Source: Elusimicrobia bacterium RIFOXYA2_FULL_39_19 (GTDB lineage Bacteria > Elusimicrobiota > Endomicrobiia > CG1-02-37-114 > XYA2-FULL-39-19). Taken from it: DNA of 64,000 nucleotides. The notes beneath the pieces are model-generated. The model worked only from the letters and a program-made list of their open reading frames with translations, made no database searches and was not told the origin of the DNA. A program made the position numbers and the translations under genes. Below, piece by piece: positions 1 to 10,295 of the stretch. The first letter of the stretch is position 1. Every line of letters begins with the position of its first letter. The DNA lies in assembly GCA_001800285.1 (NCBI GenBank), contig MGVC01000054.1, forward strand, positions 8,272-72,271, given 5' to 3'.

Positions 1-35
1 AATAATTTACGGTTAAATTACTGCAGAATTTTGAT

Positions 36-782
36 ATGAAACATTTATTTCTTGTAATATTTGTTTTGTGTTGTTCTCTCGGGCATTGCACGGCTAATGT
101 TGCTGAGAATCCTTTTACTGAAAATACTGAAAGCAAATCTCTGGTGTGGTCTCACTATTTTAATGTAATTAATATTTTTAACAAAAAAATAGGTTTTGTT
201 TCCATTAAACTTGAGAAAATTAACTTAGCTGACAAAGTATCTTTTTATAAAGCAAATATTATTACAAAAATTGATTCAAGTTTTATTTTTTCCTTAAATA
301 ATACCGACGAAACTGAATATTTTGATGATAACTTTGTTCCATTGTCTTTTAATTTGAACATTAACACCAACAGGAAATATGTAAACGTTCAGGGTAAGCA
401 GTCTGATTCCAATTACATGGTTATATTTTCCAGCTCCCTATCAAATAAATATTACTCAATTGTCTGGATAACCAATAATTCTACAAAAACCGTGTCTGTC
501 CCCTTAACATCAAATTCCTGCACTGCCGGCAATATTAAATCTATAATTTTAAACAACGGAATTTCTAAAAACAATAAATACAGTCTGATGTTTTTAGACA
601 AACATAAACTTAAATATCATAAAATCAGTATCAGCACCGGTAATTCTTTGAATTTTAACGGCAAGCAGGTGTACCTTATTCATTTGAATCTCGGGTTATT
701 TGGCAAATTCTGCTTTAAAATGGATGAGGAAGGGGGCATTATTGAAGGCTTCGGAATGGGAATAAGGCTTATTCCTGCCTGA
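36..782 (+). CDS. Secreted protein of unknown function. N-terminal signal peptide, Asn/Ser-rich.
   Basis: ORF with hydrophobic signal-like N-terminus (MKHLFLVIFVLCCSLGHC). I recognise no catalytic motifs. Confidence 0.5.
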   Translation: MKHLFLVIFVLCCSLGHCTANVAENPFTENTESKSLVWSHYFNVINIFNKKIGFVSIKLEKINLADKVSFYKANIITKIDSSFIFSLNNTDETEYFDDNFVPLSFNLNINTNRKYVNVQGKQSDSNYMVIFSSSLSNKYYSIVWITNNSTKTVSVPLTSNSCTAGNIKSIILNNGISKNNKYSLMFLDKHKLKYHKISISTGNSLNFNGKQVYLIHLNLGLFGKFCFKMDEEGGIIEGFGMGIRLIPA

Positions 783-860
783 AGCAATTATTTCTGTTCT
801 TGTAGTGTTTTTACCTATTTACTTATATAATATCATGTGTATTCAACATAGTTCTTTTGT

Positions 861-2354
861 TTGCTTTCCAACATTCTTTTTAAAATCCTGTTAAACAAAA
901 CCGGTATTTCTATGAGCTATAAGTCAAAGCTTTTATTATCTATTTCTATAATAAGCATTTTTACGCTTTCCCTGCTGATTATAAACAGGATATACCTGCT
1001 TGAAAGTATTTTGCATGAAAAAACAATTAACAAAATGAATTCTATGGGCAGGATGCTGTGCCAGGATATTTTAAATGATTTTATTGATTTGGATTTTAAA
1101 AATTTAAGACAATCTGTCAGAATAGCCTCAAAACAGCCGTTTATTGATTTTGTTTCTGTGATTGATAAAAATAATATCATTATATATTCTTCTAAAAACG
1201 AATTGACCAGCACTTTAAATACTTTCGTAGATTCTACTGATATAAGCAGAAAAAAAAGCAATCAATTCATAAAATCCTTTCCTTTAGCCAACAATAAAAA
1301 TACTTTCGGGTCTATACAAATTGCCTTTTCTTTAGATGAAATGAAAAGAGATATTAACAGAATGCTTGAGTGGTCGCTTGTTTTAAGCATATTAACCCTT
1401 ATACTCATAGTCAGTGTTTCCTGGTTTGCCACAAACAAATTACTGGCGCCTCTTGTTGAAATGAAAGATGTTTCTTATGAAATAGCCAAAGGTAATTTTT
1501 CCCAGAGAATTAACGTAACTACCAAAGACACCATTGGTGAATTGGGGCAGTCTTTTAATCATATGGCGCATCAGCTGGCAGATATGACAAATAACCTGGA
1601 CATGAAAATACAGACTGCTACACAGGAATTGCTTTTGAAAACCAGTGAACTGGAAAAGGCTAATGAAAGATTATTAGGGCTTGATAAATTGAAATCAGAA
1701 TTTGTTTCTATGGTTTCTCATGAACTGCGCACGCCCTTGACCGGCATTATCGGGTTTGCTCAGACCCTGCAGAATTTAAAGCTGAACAATTTGCAAAAGG
1801 TGCAATATTCAAAGATTATTGAATCTGAAGGCAAGCGCCTTTCAGCTCTTATTGAAAATTTTCTTGATATTGCAAAAATAGAATCCGGTAATATTGAGTT
1901 CTATAAAAGTGAAGTAGACCTTAATAAGCTTATAAAAGAAGTCCTTGTTATAATCAGCCTGCCGGGCAAAATAAAGATTAAATGCAAACCTGCGCCCGAG
2001 CTTCCGGTTATTTATTGTGATAAAAATAAAATTAAGCAGGTTATAATAAATATTTTGGGCAATGCAATTAAATATTCTAAATCCGGAGGAACCATAACTA
2101 TTTCAATTATTAATAATCCTGATAATATAACTGTCTGCACAAAAGATAACGGTATTGGCATTGCCCAAAATACAGCCTCAAGTATATTTGAAAAATATTT
2201 CAGAGGCAATGATAACGTAACCAAAAGGTCTTATGGCAGCGGTATCGGGCTGTCTATTTCAAAAAGTATCATTGAAATGCATAATGGCAAAATATGGTTT
2301 GAGTCTATGCCCGGAAAAGGCACAGAATTCTTTTTTTCACTCCCAAAACTCTGA
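861..2354 (+). CDS. Sensor histidine kinase: TM, HAMP, HisKA, HATPase_c.
   Basis: H-box 'MVSHELRTPLTGIIGF'. N/G1/G2 boxes 'NAIKYS', 'DNGIGI', 'GSGIGLSISKSIIEMHNGKIW'. HAMP-like 'LLAPLVEMKDVSYEIAKGNFSQRI'. Start may be the Met at 912. Confidence 0.85.
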   Translation: MLSNILFKILLNKTGISMSYKSKLLLSISIISIFTLSLLIINRIYLLESILHEKTINKMNSMGRMLCQDILNDFIDLDFKNLRQSVRIASKQPFIDFVSVIDKNNIIIYSSKNELTSTLNTFVDSTDISRKKSNQFIKSFPLANNKNTFGSIQIAFSLDEMKRDINRMLEWSLVLSILTLILIVSVSWFATNKLLAPLVEMKDVSYEIAKGNFSQRINVTTKDTIGELGQSFNHMAHQLADMTNNLDMKIQTATQELLLKTSELEKANERLLGLDKLKSEFVSMVSHELRTPLTGIIGFAQTLQNLKLNNLQKVQYSKIIESEGKRLSALIENFLDIAKIESGNIEFYKSEVDLNKLIKEVLVIISLPGKIKIKCKPAPELPVIYCDKNKIKQVIINILGNAIKYSKSGGTITISIINNPDNITVCTKDNGIGIAQNTASSIFEKYFRGNDNVTKRSYGSGIGLSISKSIIEMHNGKIWFESMPGKGTEFFFSLPKL

Positions 2355-2401
2355 CCTGTTAACATGTTTTTAATTTATTTAAGGATTCGTGGATAATTTT
2401 T

Positions 2402-3958
2402 ATGTCAATAAAAACACTTTTACTTGTGGATGACAACCCTGATATTATCAGGCTGCTTGAAGTAAATCTCAAGAATGCCGGATATAAGGTCATTTCTGCG
2501 CAGGACGGCGAAAAAGCATTTGTACTTGCAAAACAATTTGTACCCGATTTGATTATTCTTGACATCATGCTACCCGGAATGGATGGATATGCTGTCTGCC
2601 AGAACCTTAAAAGCAATAAAAATACCAATCTTATCCCGGTACTTATTATTTCAGCAAAAGACAGGCCTATTGATAAGATTATCGCATTAAAAACCGGCGC
2701 CAGTGAATACATTACAAAACCGTTTGATATCCAGGAACTTATTGTACGCGTGGATTCACTTTTAAAGCATACGGAAGAAAACCTTTCTACAAACCCTCTT
2801 ACAAAATTACCCGGAAATACAAGCATTATTAATGAATTAAATAAAAGGCTTCATAATAAGGATGACTTCGCATTTATTTATATTGATTTGAATAATTTTA
2901 AATCTTATAACGACAAATATGGATTTCACAAAGGTGATGAAATTATTAGATTTACAGCTGATACCATCAAACAAAGTGCGGCTGAAAATGATTTTATAGG
3001 CCACGTTGGCGGGGATGATTTTGTTTTTATCTGTGAAATATTTAATGCAGAAAATGCCTGCATTAAAATAGCTGATATATTTGATAATAATATAGTAAAT
3101 TTTTACAGCAAAGAAGATGCCCAAAAAGGATCCATCATTTCAAAAGACAGGCAGGGAAATACTACAGAGTTTCCGCTTATGCGCCTTTCTATGGGAATAG
3201 CAAAAAATGACAATGCTAAAATTATTCATTATAATGAAATTATTGAACTTGCTTCTGAAATTAAAAATCATATAAAATCCCAAAAAATAGCCGGCAAAAG
3301 CATTTTTATGTCTGATAAAAGAAAGCCGGAAGGAACCGAAAAAATGAAAAAGAAAATCCTGATTGCTGAAGATGACCTGAATCTCCAGAAATTGCTTAAA
3401 GTAAACCTTGAATCAAGAGGATTTGATGTTGTTGCAGTAGATGACGGGGAAAAAGCGCTTGTTGAGTTTTATAATATTTTACCCGATTTGTTTATTACCG
3501 ATGTCATGCTTCCTAAAATTTGGGGCCTTGACGTATGCAGGGGTATCAGAAAATCCGGCCAATTTAAAGACATTCCTATATTAATAATGTCCGGGGTATA
3601 TAATAAGCTTGAATTCCGTATTGATGCACAGCAGGCGGGCGCTACCGATATGATTACAAAACCTTTTGAAATTGAAGATTTTACTAAATATGTTGAAAAA
3701 CTTATTGCACAGACAAAACCCTCAAGCGCATCAGCCGCCAGCAGTGTTAAAACAACAATGCCGTCAGACCTTACAAAAAACTATTCTGTTGACAAGAAAG
3801 TTGTTGTTTATTATCCTGACGGTAAAATAATTAAAGGAATTACTGCCGCTATGAATCCCGGAGGTACGGGTTTCAACATGACATTGAAAGACGAAAACAA
3901 AAGAGCCTACATAGCCTATGCCCAGGTATCCAGGGTTGAAGTTGTGGATAAGTTCTAA
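2402..3958 (+). CDS. Hybrid response regulator: REC, GGDEF-like domain with a GGDDF motif, a second REC, and a ~60-aa C-terminal domain I cannot place.
   Basis: Two CheY-like receiver segments (LLVDDNPD...DLIILDIMLPGMDG and ILIAEDDLN...DLFITDVMLP). Between them, 'FAFIYIDLNNFKSYNDKYGFHKGDEIIR...GHVGGDDFVF' matches GGDEF cyclase topology with a D in place of the catalytic E. The start codon abuts the HK1 stop. Confidence 0.8.
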   Translation: MSIKTLLLVDDNPDIIRLLEVNLKNAGYKVISAQDGEKAFVLAKQFVPDLIILDIMLPGMDGYAVCQNLKSNKNTNLIPVLIISAKDRPIDKIIALKTGASEYITKPFDIQELIVRVDSLLKHTEENLSTNPLTKLPGNTSIINELNKRLHNKDDFAFIYIDLNNFKSYNDKYGFHKGDEIIRFTADTIKQSAAENDFIGHVGGDDFVFICEIFNAENACIKIADIFDNNIVNFYSKEDAQKGSIISKDRQGNTTEFPLMRLSMGIAKNDNAKIIHYNEIIELASEIKNHIKSQKIAGKSIFMSDKRKPEGTEKMKKKILIAEDDLNLQKLLKVNLESRGFDVVAVDDGEKALVEFYNILPDLFITDVMLPKIWGLDVCRGIRKSGQFKDIPILIMSGVYNKLEFRIDAQQAGATDMITKPFEIEDFTKYVEKLIAQTKPSSASAASSVKTTMPSDLTKNYSVDKKVVVYYPDGKIIKGITAAMNPGGTGFNMTLKDENKRAYIAYAQVSRVEVVDKF

Positions 3959-5449
3959 ATGAATAAAATACCAATTCTTGCCAAACTATCCTTCAAGCTT
4001 AAAATAATCCTTGCCGTTTCTATTATTACTATATCTATTGTAACAATCATTCTGCAGGTACGGTCAAAACAAATTGATAATATTCTAAGAGACAGAATGA
4101 ATTTCAGAACCAGTGTTATAGCTGACATTATCGCTTTCAGCATAAACAAGGGCTGCTCTCTTGACAAAACTGTAATTAGCGGATATTCTGAACAAATTTT
4201 AATTGAACCAGAAATAGCTTATGTGCTTTTTTTTGATAGAAACAACAAGCTTATTTCCAGGGCAGGAAATTACAATAATGATACTGTTTCTTTTAAAACC
4301 GAAAATATTTTTAAAGTAAAAGATGACATTTATACTGTTTATAAAGAAATTTATGGGGAAAATGACAATAAATTAGGTGCCATTATTGTAGGATTTCCCA
4401 TGGAAAGCTTAAGTATAGCTTTACATAAACATTTAATAACAGGAATTACCCTTTGGCTGGCAGCTGTTATTCTGATTGTTGTTTTTATTTATTACATAAT
4501 AACGCTTTTTCTTAAACCTCTTAAATCCCTTTACGATGCCGTACTGTCGGCTGAACAAAAAGATTTTGATTATAAAATTCCTGTAGTTTATGAAGATGAA
4601 ATAGGCATTATATCCAAACAATTTAATTCTATGTCGGATAAACTGAAAGATTTTTATAACGGCCTGGAAGAACAAATTTCCAAGGCTACCGGCGAACTTG
4701 TGCTTTCTAATAAAACTCTTACAGAAAAATCTTCAGAACTTGAGATGCTTAATAATAAACTCATTGAAATGGATAAAAGAAAAACCGAATTTGTTTCAAT
4801 AGTTTCACATGACTTAAAAACACCCCTTACCTCTATTATGGGTTTTACTGATACTCTTTTAAACAAAAAATTAAAGCTAAAAGAAGAAGACAGGGAAGAA
4901 TATCTTAAAATTATATCTCTTGAATCCCGCAGGCTTTCAAGGCTTATTTCAGATTTCCTGGATTTATCAAAAATTGAAGAAGGTGTACTAAAATTGAATA
5001 TTGAAAATATTGATTTAAAAGAAATTATTGATAAAGTTATTGTTATTACTAATCCTGAATCAGAAAATGTAACTATTTCTGTTACAAACAATAATGATTT
5101 AGTAAAAATAAGCGCAGACTCAGACCGCCTGTCTCAGGTTTTTCATAATCTTTTGTCAAATGCCCTAAAATACACGCCTAAATATTCTGAAATATTAATT
5201 ACTGTTGAATCTAATTCAACCGAAAACCGGATATCAATCGCTGATCAGGGCCCGGGCATACATGATTCTGAGAAATTGAAAATATTTGACAAATTTTACC
5301 GTATAGATGATGATATTTCCAGAAAAGAAAGAGGCACGGGACTAGGCCTTGTGATTGCCAAATCAATTATTGAACTGCACGGCGGAAAAATATGGGTTGA
5401 AGATAATAAACCCCGCGGCAGCCGGTTTATTTTCACCATACCGGTATAA
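3959..5449 (+). CDS. Sensor histidine kinase, second copy (HAMP, HisKA, HATPase_c).
   Basis: 'IVSHDLKTPLTSIMGF' H-box. 'NALKYT', 'DQGPGI', 'GTGLGLVIAKSIIELHGGKIW'. The ATG overlaps the upstream TAA (TAAATG). Confidence 0.85.
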   Translation: MNKIPILAKLSFKLKIILAVSIITISIVTIILQVRSKQIDNILRDRMNFRTSVIADIIAFSINKGCSLDKTVISGYSEQILIEPEIAYVLFFDRNNKLISRAGNYNNDTVSFKTENIFKVKDDIYTVYKEIYGENDNKLGAIIVGFPMESLSIALHKHLITGITLWLAAVILIVVFIYYIITLFLKPLKSLYDAVLSAEQKDFDYKIPVVYEDEIGIISKQFNSMSDKLKDFYNGLEEQISKATGELVLSNKTLTEKSSELEMLNNKLIEMDKRKTEFVSIVSHDLKTPLTSIMGFTDTLLNKKLKLKEEDREEYLKIISLESRRLSRLISDFLDLSKIEEGVLKLNIENIDLKEIIDKVIVITNPESENVTISVTNNNDLVKISADSDRLSQVFHNLLSNALKYTPKYSEILITVESNSTENRISIADQGPGIHDSEKLKIFDKFYRIDDDISRKERGTGLGLVIAKSIIELHGGKIWVEDNKPRGSRFIFTIPV

Positions 5450-5452
5450 AAT

Positions 5453-5821
5453 ATGCAAAATAAAATATTAATAATCGAAGACGAACAAAACATCACCCGG
5501 CTTTTAAAAGTTAATCTTGCCAGTGCCAGGTATATTGTTGATAACGCCTGCGACGGCATTGAGGGGCTGGATAAAATTAAAACATTTTCTCCGGACTTAA
5601 TTGTGCTTGACCTGAGAATGCCTAAATTAAACGGCCTTGAAATACTAAAAATAATTAAAGCAAATCCTGAATTTAAATCAATTAAAATAATTATTCTTAC
5701 GGCCTCAGATAAAAAGGAAAACCGGACTGCTGCTATTTCAATGGGTGCAGATGCCTTTCTTTCAAAACCGGTTGACCTGCAGTTATTTATTGAAAAGGTT
5801 AATTGTTTGCTTAAAACATAA
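5453..5821 (+). CDS. Single-domain CheY-like response regulator.
   Basis: 122 aa. 'ILIIEDEQN...DLIVLDLRMPKLNG...K' receiver signature. Starts 4 nt after the HK2 stop. Confidence 0.85.
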   Translation: MQNKILIIEDEQNITRLLKVNLASARYIVDNACDGIEGLDKIKTFSPDLIVLDLRMPKLNGLEILKIIKANPEFKSIKIIILTASDKKENRTAAISMGADAFLSKPVDLQLFIEKVNCLLKT

Positions 5822-5964
5822 TTTTTTCTACTTTCTGCCTGGTGAAGTACTATAGCAGCTGCTTCATCTTCGGCAAAAACCGCCGAACTTAATTGCTATA
5901 AAAATGATAAAATGGTTTAATAAGCCTTCTAAATAGAAATGTTTTTAAATTACAGGGGTACCTG

Positions 5965-6990
5965 ATGGTTATGACAGGATTGTTTATAATACTTTTAATT
6001 GTGCTTTTAGGGCCCTTCTTTATAAAAAAGATTGAACATAATCTGGAAGTGTTCCTTTTTGTTATGGGGTTAGCTTCCTGCCTTGTGTCAGGAATGCTTT
6101 CGCTTCATCTGGTTGAAGAAGCACTGATAGAACCCATTAAAATTACACTGGCAGTATTTTTTGCAGGTATTGTCTTTAGATATACCAGGCATTATTTGCA
6201 TAAAGGGGTAGCTAAAATACTTAAAACTATGCCCGTCTGGCTTTTTGTTTTTCTTATGGTTGTAATATTAGGCCTTGTTTCTTCAATGATTACGGCAATT
6301 ATAGCTGCGCTTGTGCTGGTGGAAATAATCAGTGCATTAAACCTTGATAAAAAAACTGAAATTGATTTTACTATTATTGCTTGTTTTTCTATAGGCCTGG
6401 GTGCAGCGCTTACGCCGATAGGTGAACCGCTGTCAACCATATTAATTGCAAAATTAAAAAGCCTTCCACACGTAGGGTTCTGGTACATTTTTGAAATTGC
6501 CGGCTGGTATATTATACCCGGGGTGTTTACGCTGGGGATTGTTAGTATGTTTTTTCACGGAAAGAAATCTTCTCACAGCCTTCACGTAAATGAACATGAT
6601 GATACCTTTAAAGAAATTACAATCCGGGCATTGAAGGTTTATTTGTTTGTTATGGCTCTGCTATTTTTAGGAAGCGGGTTTAAACCCGTTATTGATACTT
6701 ATATAATAACTTTGGACAGCAGGATACTTTACTGGGTTAACATGACTTCTGCTGTTTTAGATAATGCCACTCTTGCAGCCGCAGAAATAAGCCCTGCTAT
6801 GACCGTAAAACAGATTCAGGGCGCATTGATGGGCCTTTTAATTTCCGGCGGAATGTTAATACCGGGCAACATACCCAATATTATTGCCGCCAACAAACTA
6901 AAAATAACCAGCCGTGACTGGGCCAAAGTGGGACTGCCTCTGGGTTTGATGTTAATGATGGTCTACTTTCTCATCCTCTACGTGCTGTAA
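5965..6990 (+). CDS. Polytopic inner-membrane protein (DUF-type, possible transporter).
   Basis: 341 aa with ~9 hydrophobic helices. No recognisable catalytic motif. Confidence 0.5.
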   Translation: MVMTGLFIILLIVLLGPFFIKKIEHNLEVFLFVMGLASCLVSGMLSLHLVEEALIEPIKITLAVFFAGIVFRYTRHYLHKGVAKILKTMPVWLFVFLMVVILGLVSSMITAIIAALVLVEIISALNLDKKTEIDFTIIACFSIGLGAALTPIGEPLSTILIAKLKSLPHVGFWYIFEIAGWYIIPGVFTLGIVSMFFHGKKSSHSLHVNEHDDTFKEITIRALKVYLFVMALLFLGSGFKPVIDTYIITLDSRILYWVNMTSAVLDNATLAAAEISPAMTVKQIQGALMGLLISGGMLIPGNIPNIIAANKLKITSRDWAKVGLPLGLMLMMVYFLILYVL

Positions 6991-7076
6991 AACCTCTGTA
7001 TCAGACTGCCGGAAATTTGACTCCATAAGGCTCCCTGCATACCAGCTAACTTCTTATCCAGCATCTTTAATACCTT

Positions 7077-7230
7077 CGGATGTTGATCCCCACGGGCAGA
7101 GCCCTTGGCACAAACACCTACCCCATGCAGTTTTCAAATAAAACAATTTGAAAACTACCGCAGGGGTAAACGTCACACATGCATTCATCCATCCCGCTAA
7201 GCGGGATGGAATTCTGCTGCCGTTTAAAAC
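7077..7230. repeat. Repeat family A, copy 1. ~150-bp hairpin-rich intergenic element. The same element occurs at 47071-47215 in inverted orientation and as a variant at 23621-23752.
   Basis: Shared core 'ccccatgcagttttcaaataaaacaatttgaaaactaccgcaggggtaaacgtcacaca' plus the palindromes 'ccacgggcagagcccttgg' and 'catcccgctaagcgggatg'. The 47071-47215 copy is the near-exact reverse complement. Confidence 0.85.
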
Positions 7231-7237
7231 ACACTTA

Positions 7238-8548
7238 TTATAAACTGTATTTTTCAATATTATTTGCAAGTTCTGTTTCAAATTCAGAATACTCCACATA
7301 TGCAGATTTTTGGGTTGATTCCCTCAGGGCATTAAATACATCATAATTATTTTCTAATACTTCAACCACATTGGCGTCTAAAATATTGTTTTTAACCATA
7401 TCGTTTAATATTCTTATGGCAGGTTCTTTTGCAATACTTTTTCTGTAGGGCCTATCTTCTGTAATAGCATTAAACGTATCTGAAACAGCAATTATTTTTG
7501 AATTCAAGGACAAATTTTCAGCTTTAATATTAAACGGATAACCGCTGCCGTCAGGGCGTTCATGGTGAAAAGCTGCCCATTGCGCAATTTTTTCAAGATT
7601 TTTTACTGTCTTTAATAATCGGTAAGTATGGTAAGGGTGTGTTTTTATTACATCAAATTCTTCAGTTGTCAGTTTGCCGGGTTTTTCTATTATTTCAATA
7701 GGGACGGCAAGTTTTCCTAAATCATGCAAATAACCTGCTATCCGCATATTTAAACATTCCTTTTGCGCTAAACCGAATAACTCAGCCATTTTTTCTGCAA
7801 CAATTCCAACTCCGTAAGAATGTGCCGCTGTAAATCTGCTCCTAAAATCTATTATTTTGCAAAAAAACCGGCTTAATTGCAGCAATTCATTAAAATCTAT
7901 CTGTTTGTTAACTGTTCTAAGATTTAGATTTTTCGTCTTTAGCATTATACATTCAGGACTAATTAAATTCAGCCAAAATGATTCTTCCTGCGACACTTCA
8001 AGAAATACATCTAAAATATCAGGCTTAAACATTTTATTTCTATTTTCTTCTATTTTTTTACAAATTATTTTTGACTGTTTTATTATGTTATTTTTATCTA
8101 TGATAACGCTTATTCTGTCAGCAAGATGAATAAGATGGCTTTCTAAAGGCACCTGTTCTCCCAATATCTCTGCCCCTCTGCCTTCCTCCCAGTAAGTATG
8201 GTGGCAGCGAATTATCTCAGCTATTTTGTCAAATGCACTGAACTTCTTAAAAAGCAGGTACCCGGCTTCTACGTGCCGGTATGGTTTTTCAACTTCAAAA
8301 ATAAAAGCACCCAGTTTTTCTTTTAAGGATATTGCTCCGGTATCATGAAGTAAAGCAGCTATAAAAACCATATCTTTTTTTTCATCGCTTAGTTTCATTT
8401 TTTCTGCTAAAGATAAGGCTATATAAGCAACTCTTTTATGATGGTCTGCAATTGCTGTGCTTACAAGGTCCAGCACATTAGACATACACAGCAGAATATC
8501 AAATAATGGATACTCGTCTTTATAAATAGTTTCTGTATTTTCAGCCAA
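7238..8548 (-). CDS. HD-GYP domain protein (probable c-di-GMP phosphodiesterase) with a second N-terminal HD-like domain.
   Basis: 'LHDLGKLAVP...THPYHTYRLL...HHERPDGSGYP' (HD...GYP) and an upstream 'LLHDTGAI...RCHHTYWEEGRG'. Confidence 0.8.
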   Translation of the reverse strand: MAENTETIYKDEYPLFDILLCMSNVLDLVSTAIADHHKRVAYIALSLAEKMKLSDEKKDMVFIAALLHDTGAISLKEKLGAFIFEVEKPYRHVEAGYLLFKKFSAFDKIAEIIRCHHTYWEEGRGAEILGEQVPLESHLIHLADRISVIIDKNNIIKQSKIICKKIEENRNKMFKPDILDVFLEVSQEESFWLNLISPECIMLKTKNLNLRTVNKQIDFNELLQLSRFFCKIIDFRSRFTAAHSYGVGIVAEKMAELFGLAQKECLNMRIAGYLHDLGKLAVPIEIIEKPGKLTTEEFDVIKTHPYHTYRLLKTVKNLEKIAQWAAFHHERPDGSGYPFNIKAENLSLNSKIIAVSDTFNAITEDRPYRKSIAKEPAIRILNDMVKNNILDANVVEVLENNYDVFNALRESTQKSAYVEYSEFETELANNIEKYSL

Positions 8549-8701
8549 TGTTTTTTTCCTTTATTCTGCAAGCAGTTTTAATTTGTATTTTGTTGCATCC
8601 TATATACTTATATGCCCTGAAAACGTAAAATAGTCAAGCAGTATTTTAAGCATTAATTCTTAAAAAGACGTTTTGATGCATTAACAGGCATAGGAGAAGG
8701 G

Positions 8702-9259
8702 CTAGGAAGACTTAACATTTTTAATAGAGCTCATTAATTCTAATATTTGTTTTGTTGTGTTAATGTTTCTGACAGTCATCTCTTTATATTCCTTGCGTGT
8801 TGAAAGTTTCAGCATATTTGACCTGGTTATTTTGTCCATTTTTGCAGACCAGAATAGCGCGCCTTTGCAATAGGTGTTTTCCTCAATTTCCTTTTTTGTT
8901 TCTAATTTTTTCAAAATATCTTTTGAATCAATTATTTTGCTTAGAAATATAACATTATGTTTCCAGGTAGGATCTGCGAATATTTTCGGGAAATGTTTTA
9001 TCGTATTTTCCAAATCATTTTTTGACCTTACTAATACTTTTGCTTCATAGTGAAACCTTATAGAAAGTATTTTTTCTATTTTCTTTTCTATTTCTATTTT
9101 ATCTGTCAGGCTTGACTGAAATATAACATTACCGCTTTGGATGTAGGTTTTAACTGACTTGAAACCCATCTTTTCAAATTCAGCACGCAGAACATCCATT
9201 TTCATTATATTTTTTCCGCCAACATTTATGCCCCTTAAAAACACAACGTAGGTAACCAT
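8702..9259 (-). CDS. DUF1697 family protein.
   Basis: N-terminus 'YVVFLRGINVGGKNIMKM' is the family signature. Confidence 0.6.
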   Translation of the reverse strand: MVTYVVFLRGINVGGKNIMKMDVLRAEFEKMGFKSVKTYIQSGNVIFQSSLTDKIEIEKKIEKILSIRFHYEAKVLVRSKNDLENTIKHFPKIFADPTWKHNVIFLSKIIDSKDILKKLETKKEIEENTYCKGALFWSAKMDKITRSNMLKLSTRKEYKEMTVRNINTTKQILELMSSIKNVKSS

Positions 9260-9382
9260 ATTTTCTCCTATGCTTTTGTATTTCCTTTCTTACTATATTT
9301 TATTTGTTTTTTTACATTTTTAAAAGATGGGCCTCGCCAGTCATGCCGCTCCTGGCCAGGCAACGCCTGCTGATGCAAGCCG

Positions 9383-9683
9383 GGGAAAGAAATTGTTCTG
9401 AGTGCTTTTTGAGGTATAAACCATTCCATCTTACACTTGCGAGAAAATATTCTTGTAGAAAACCTTACCTTATATCACATAACGAAGAATGATTCCTGGA
9501 AAAAACCTCTGCCGGCGACTTTTGCAATCACGGAGCCCTTTCTTTACCTTTTATCAATTGATGAAAGGACGTTACCCACAACCGGCGGTAGAGCGAGCCG
9601 CAATCCCAAATTTCCTTTTATTAGCTGTATTTGGGATGCTACTCGCAAAGCGAGCGTTTTTTGAAAGGAATTGTTCTGAGTAA
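9383..9683. mobile_element. Repeat family C, MITE-like element, long form. Bounded by ~18-bp direct repeats 'aaag(a/g)aattgttctgagt'.
   Basis: Core 'gaagaatgattcctggaaaaaacctctgccggcgacttttgcaatcacggagcc ... ggcggtagagcgagccgcaatcccaaat...atttgggatgctactcgcaaagcgagcgtttttt gaaaggaatt' with inverted termini (aattcctg..aaaac / gtttt..ggaatt). Shorter copies lie at 17166-17275, 19491-19700 and 30906-31010. No coding capacity. Confidence 0.75.
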
Positions 9684-9687
9684 ATTT

Positions 9688-10215
9688 CTACTTTTCTTTT
9701 ACAAATTGGGTAAGGCCTTTGAGGGAGGTTTTAAACTCTTCTATGGTTTCCTGTTTATGCGATATGATTTCTATAAGTTTGTTCATCAGGTTTGATATGG
9801 GCGCCAGGTAATCGCCGTCTCTTAATTTTATTGGGTGTATTTCTGTCACGCCCTGAGCCATATTATTGACTTCTCTTTCCAGCCTTTGAATGGGGCCCAT
9901 TACGCGGTAAGCAAAATACAAACTGGCTACTATTCCTATTAATACAAGAATGATGGTTTCAAAAATCATTACATACACCATTTGTGACTGTACGCTTACC
10001 AGCATATCTTTTGCAATATTCATCGGTGCGCCGGTGGTACCGGGCAGCGTTAAACCGATAGCGGAAATAGTCTGCGTGTATTTTTCAATAGTATAATAAA
10101 TGGCCAACCCTGACACCAGCATAGATACCAGCACGGTACCTAACACATACTTAAAATACCATAACTTTAATTCGTTGGTAAAAAATAAAAAGCCTAAAGG
10201 ATTACGTTTTTTCAT
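9688..10215 (-). CDS. Membrane protein with HAMP-like linker, function unknown.
   Basis: Two TM helices flank a periplasmic loop. A cytoplasmic coiled segment follows. Confidence 0.45.
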   Translation of the reverse strand: MKKRNPLGFLFFTNELKLWYFKYVLGTVLVSMLVSGLAIYYTIEKYTQTISAIGLTLPGTTGAPMNIAKDMLVSVQSQMVYVMIFETIILVLIGIVASLYFAYRVMGPIQRLEREVNNMAQGVTEIHPIKLRDGDYLAPISNLMNKLIEIISHKQETIEEFKTSLKGLTQFVKEK

Positions 10216-10295
10216 TTGTGCCCCCTATTATACTCTTTTGAAGGTTACAGCTTTTGATTGTTCTTTTACAAGGCTATTCTACAACTTTTTTTCCT

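Noticed and set aside
917-1261. Antisense ORFs inside the histidine kinase and other long genes (e.g. 917-1261, 2012-2224, 4654-5091, 11536-11953, 51362-52175).
   Set aside because: They are embedded opposite strongly supported coding regions in AT-rich sequence with low-complexity composition. I take them as chance ORFs.
9304-9683. Three overlapping small plus-strand ORFs (62-75 aa).
   Set aside because: They coincide with the family-C MITE, which recurs at three other sites. The reading frames are not conserved between the copies.
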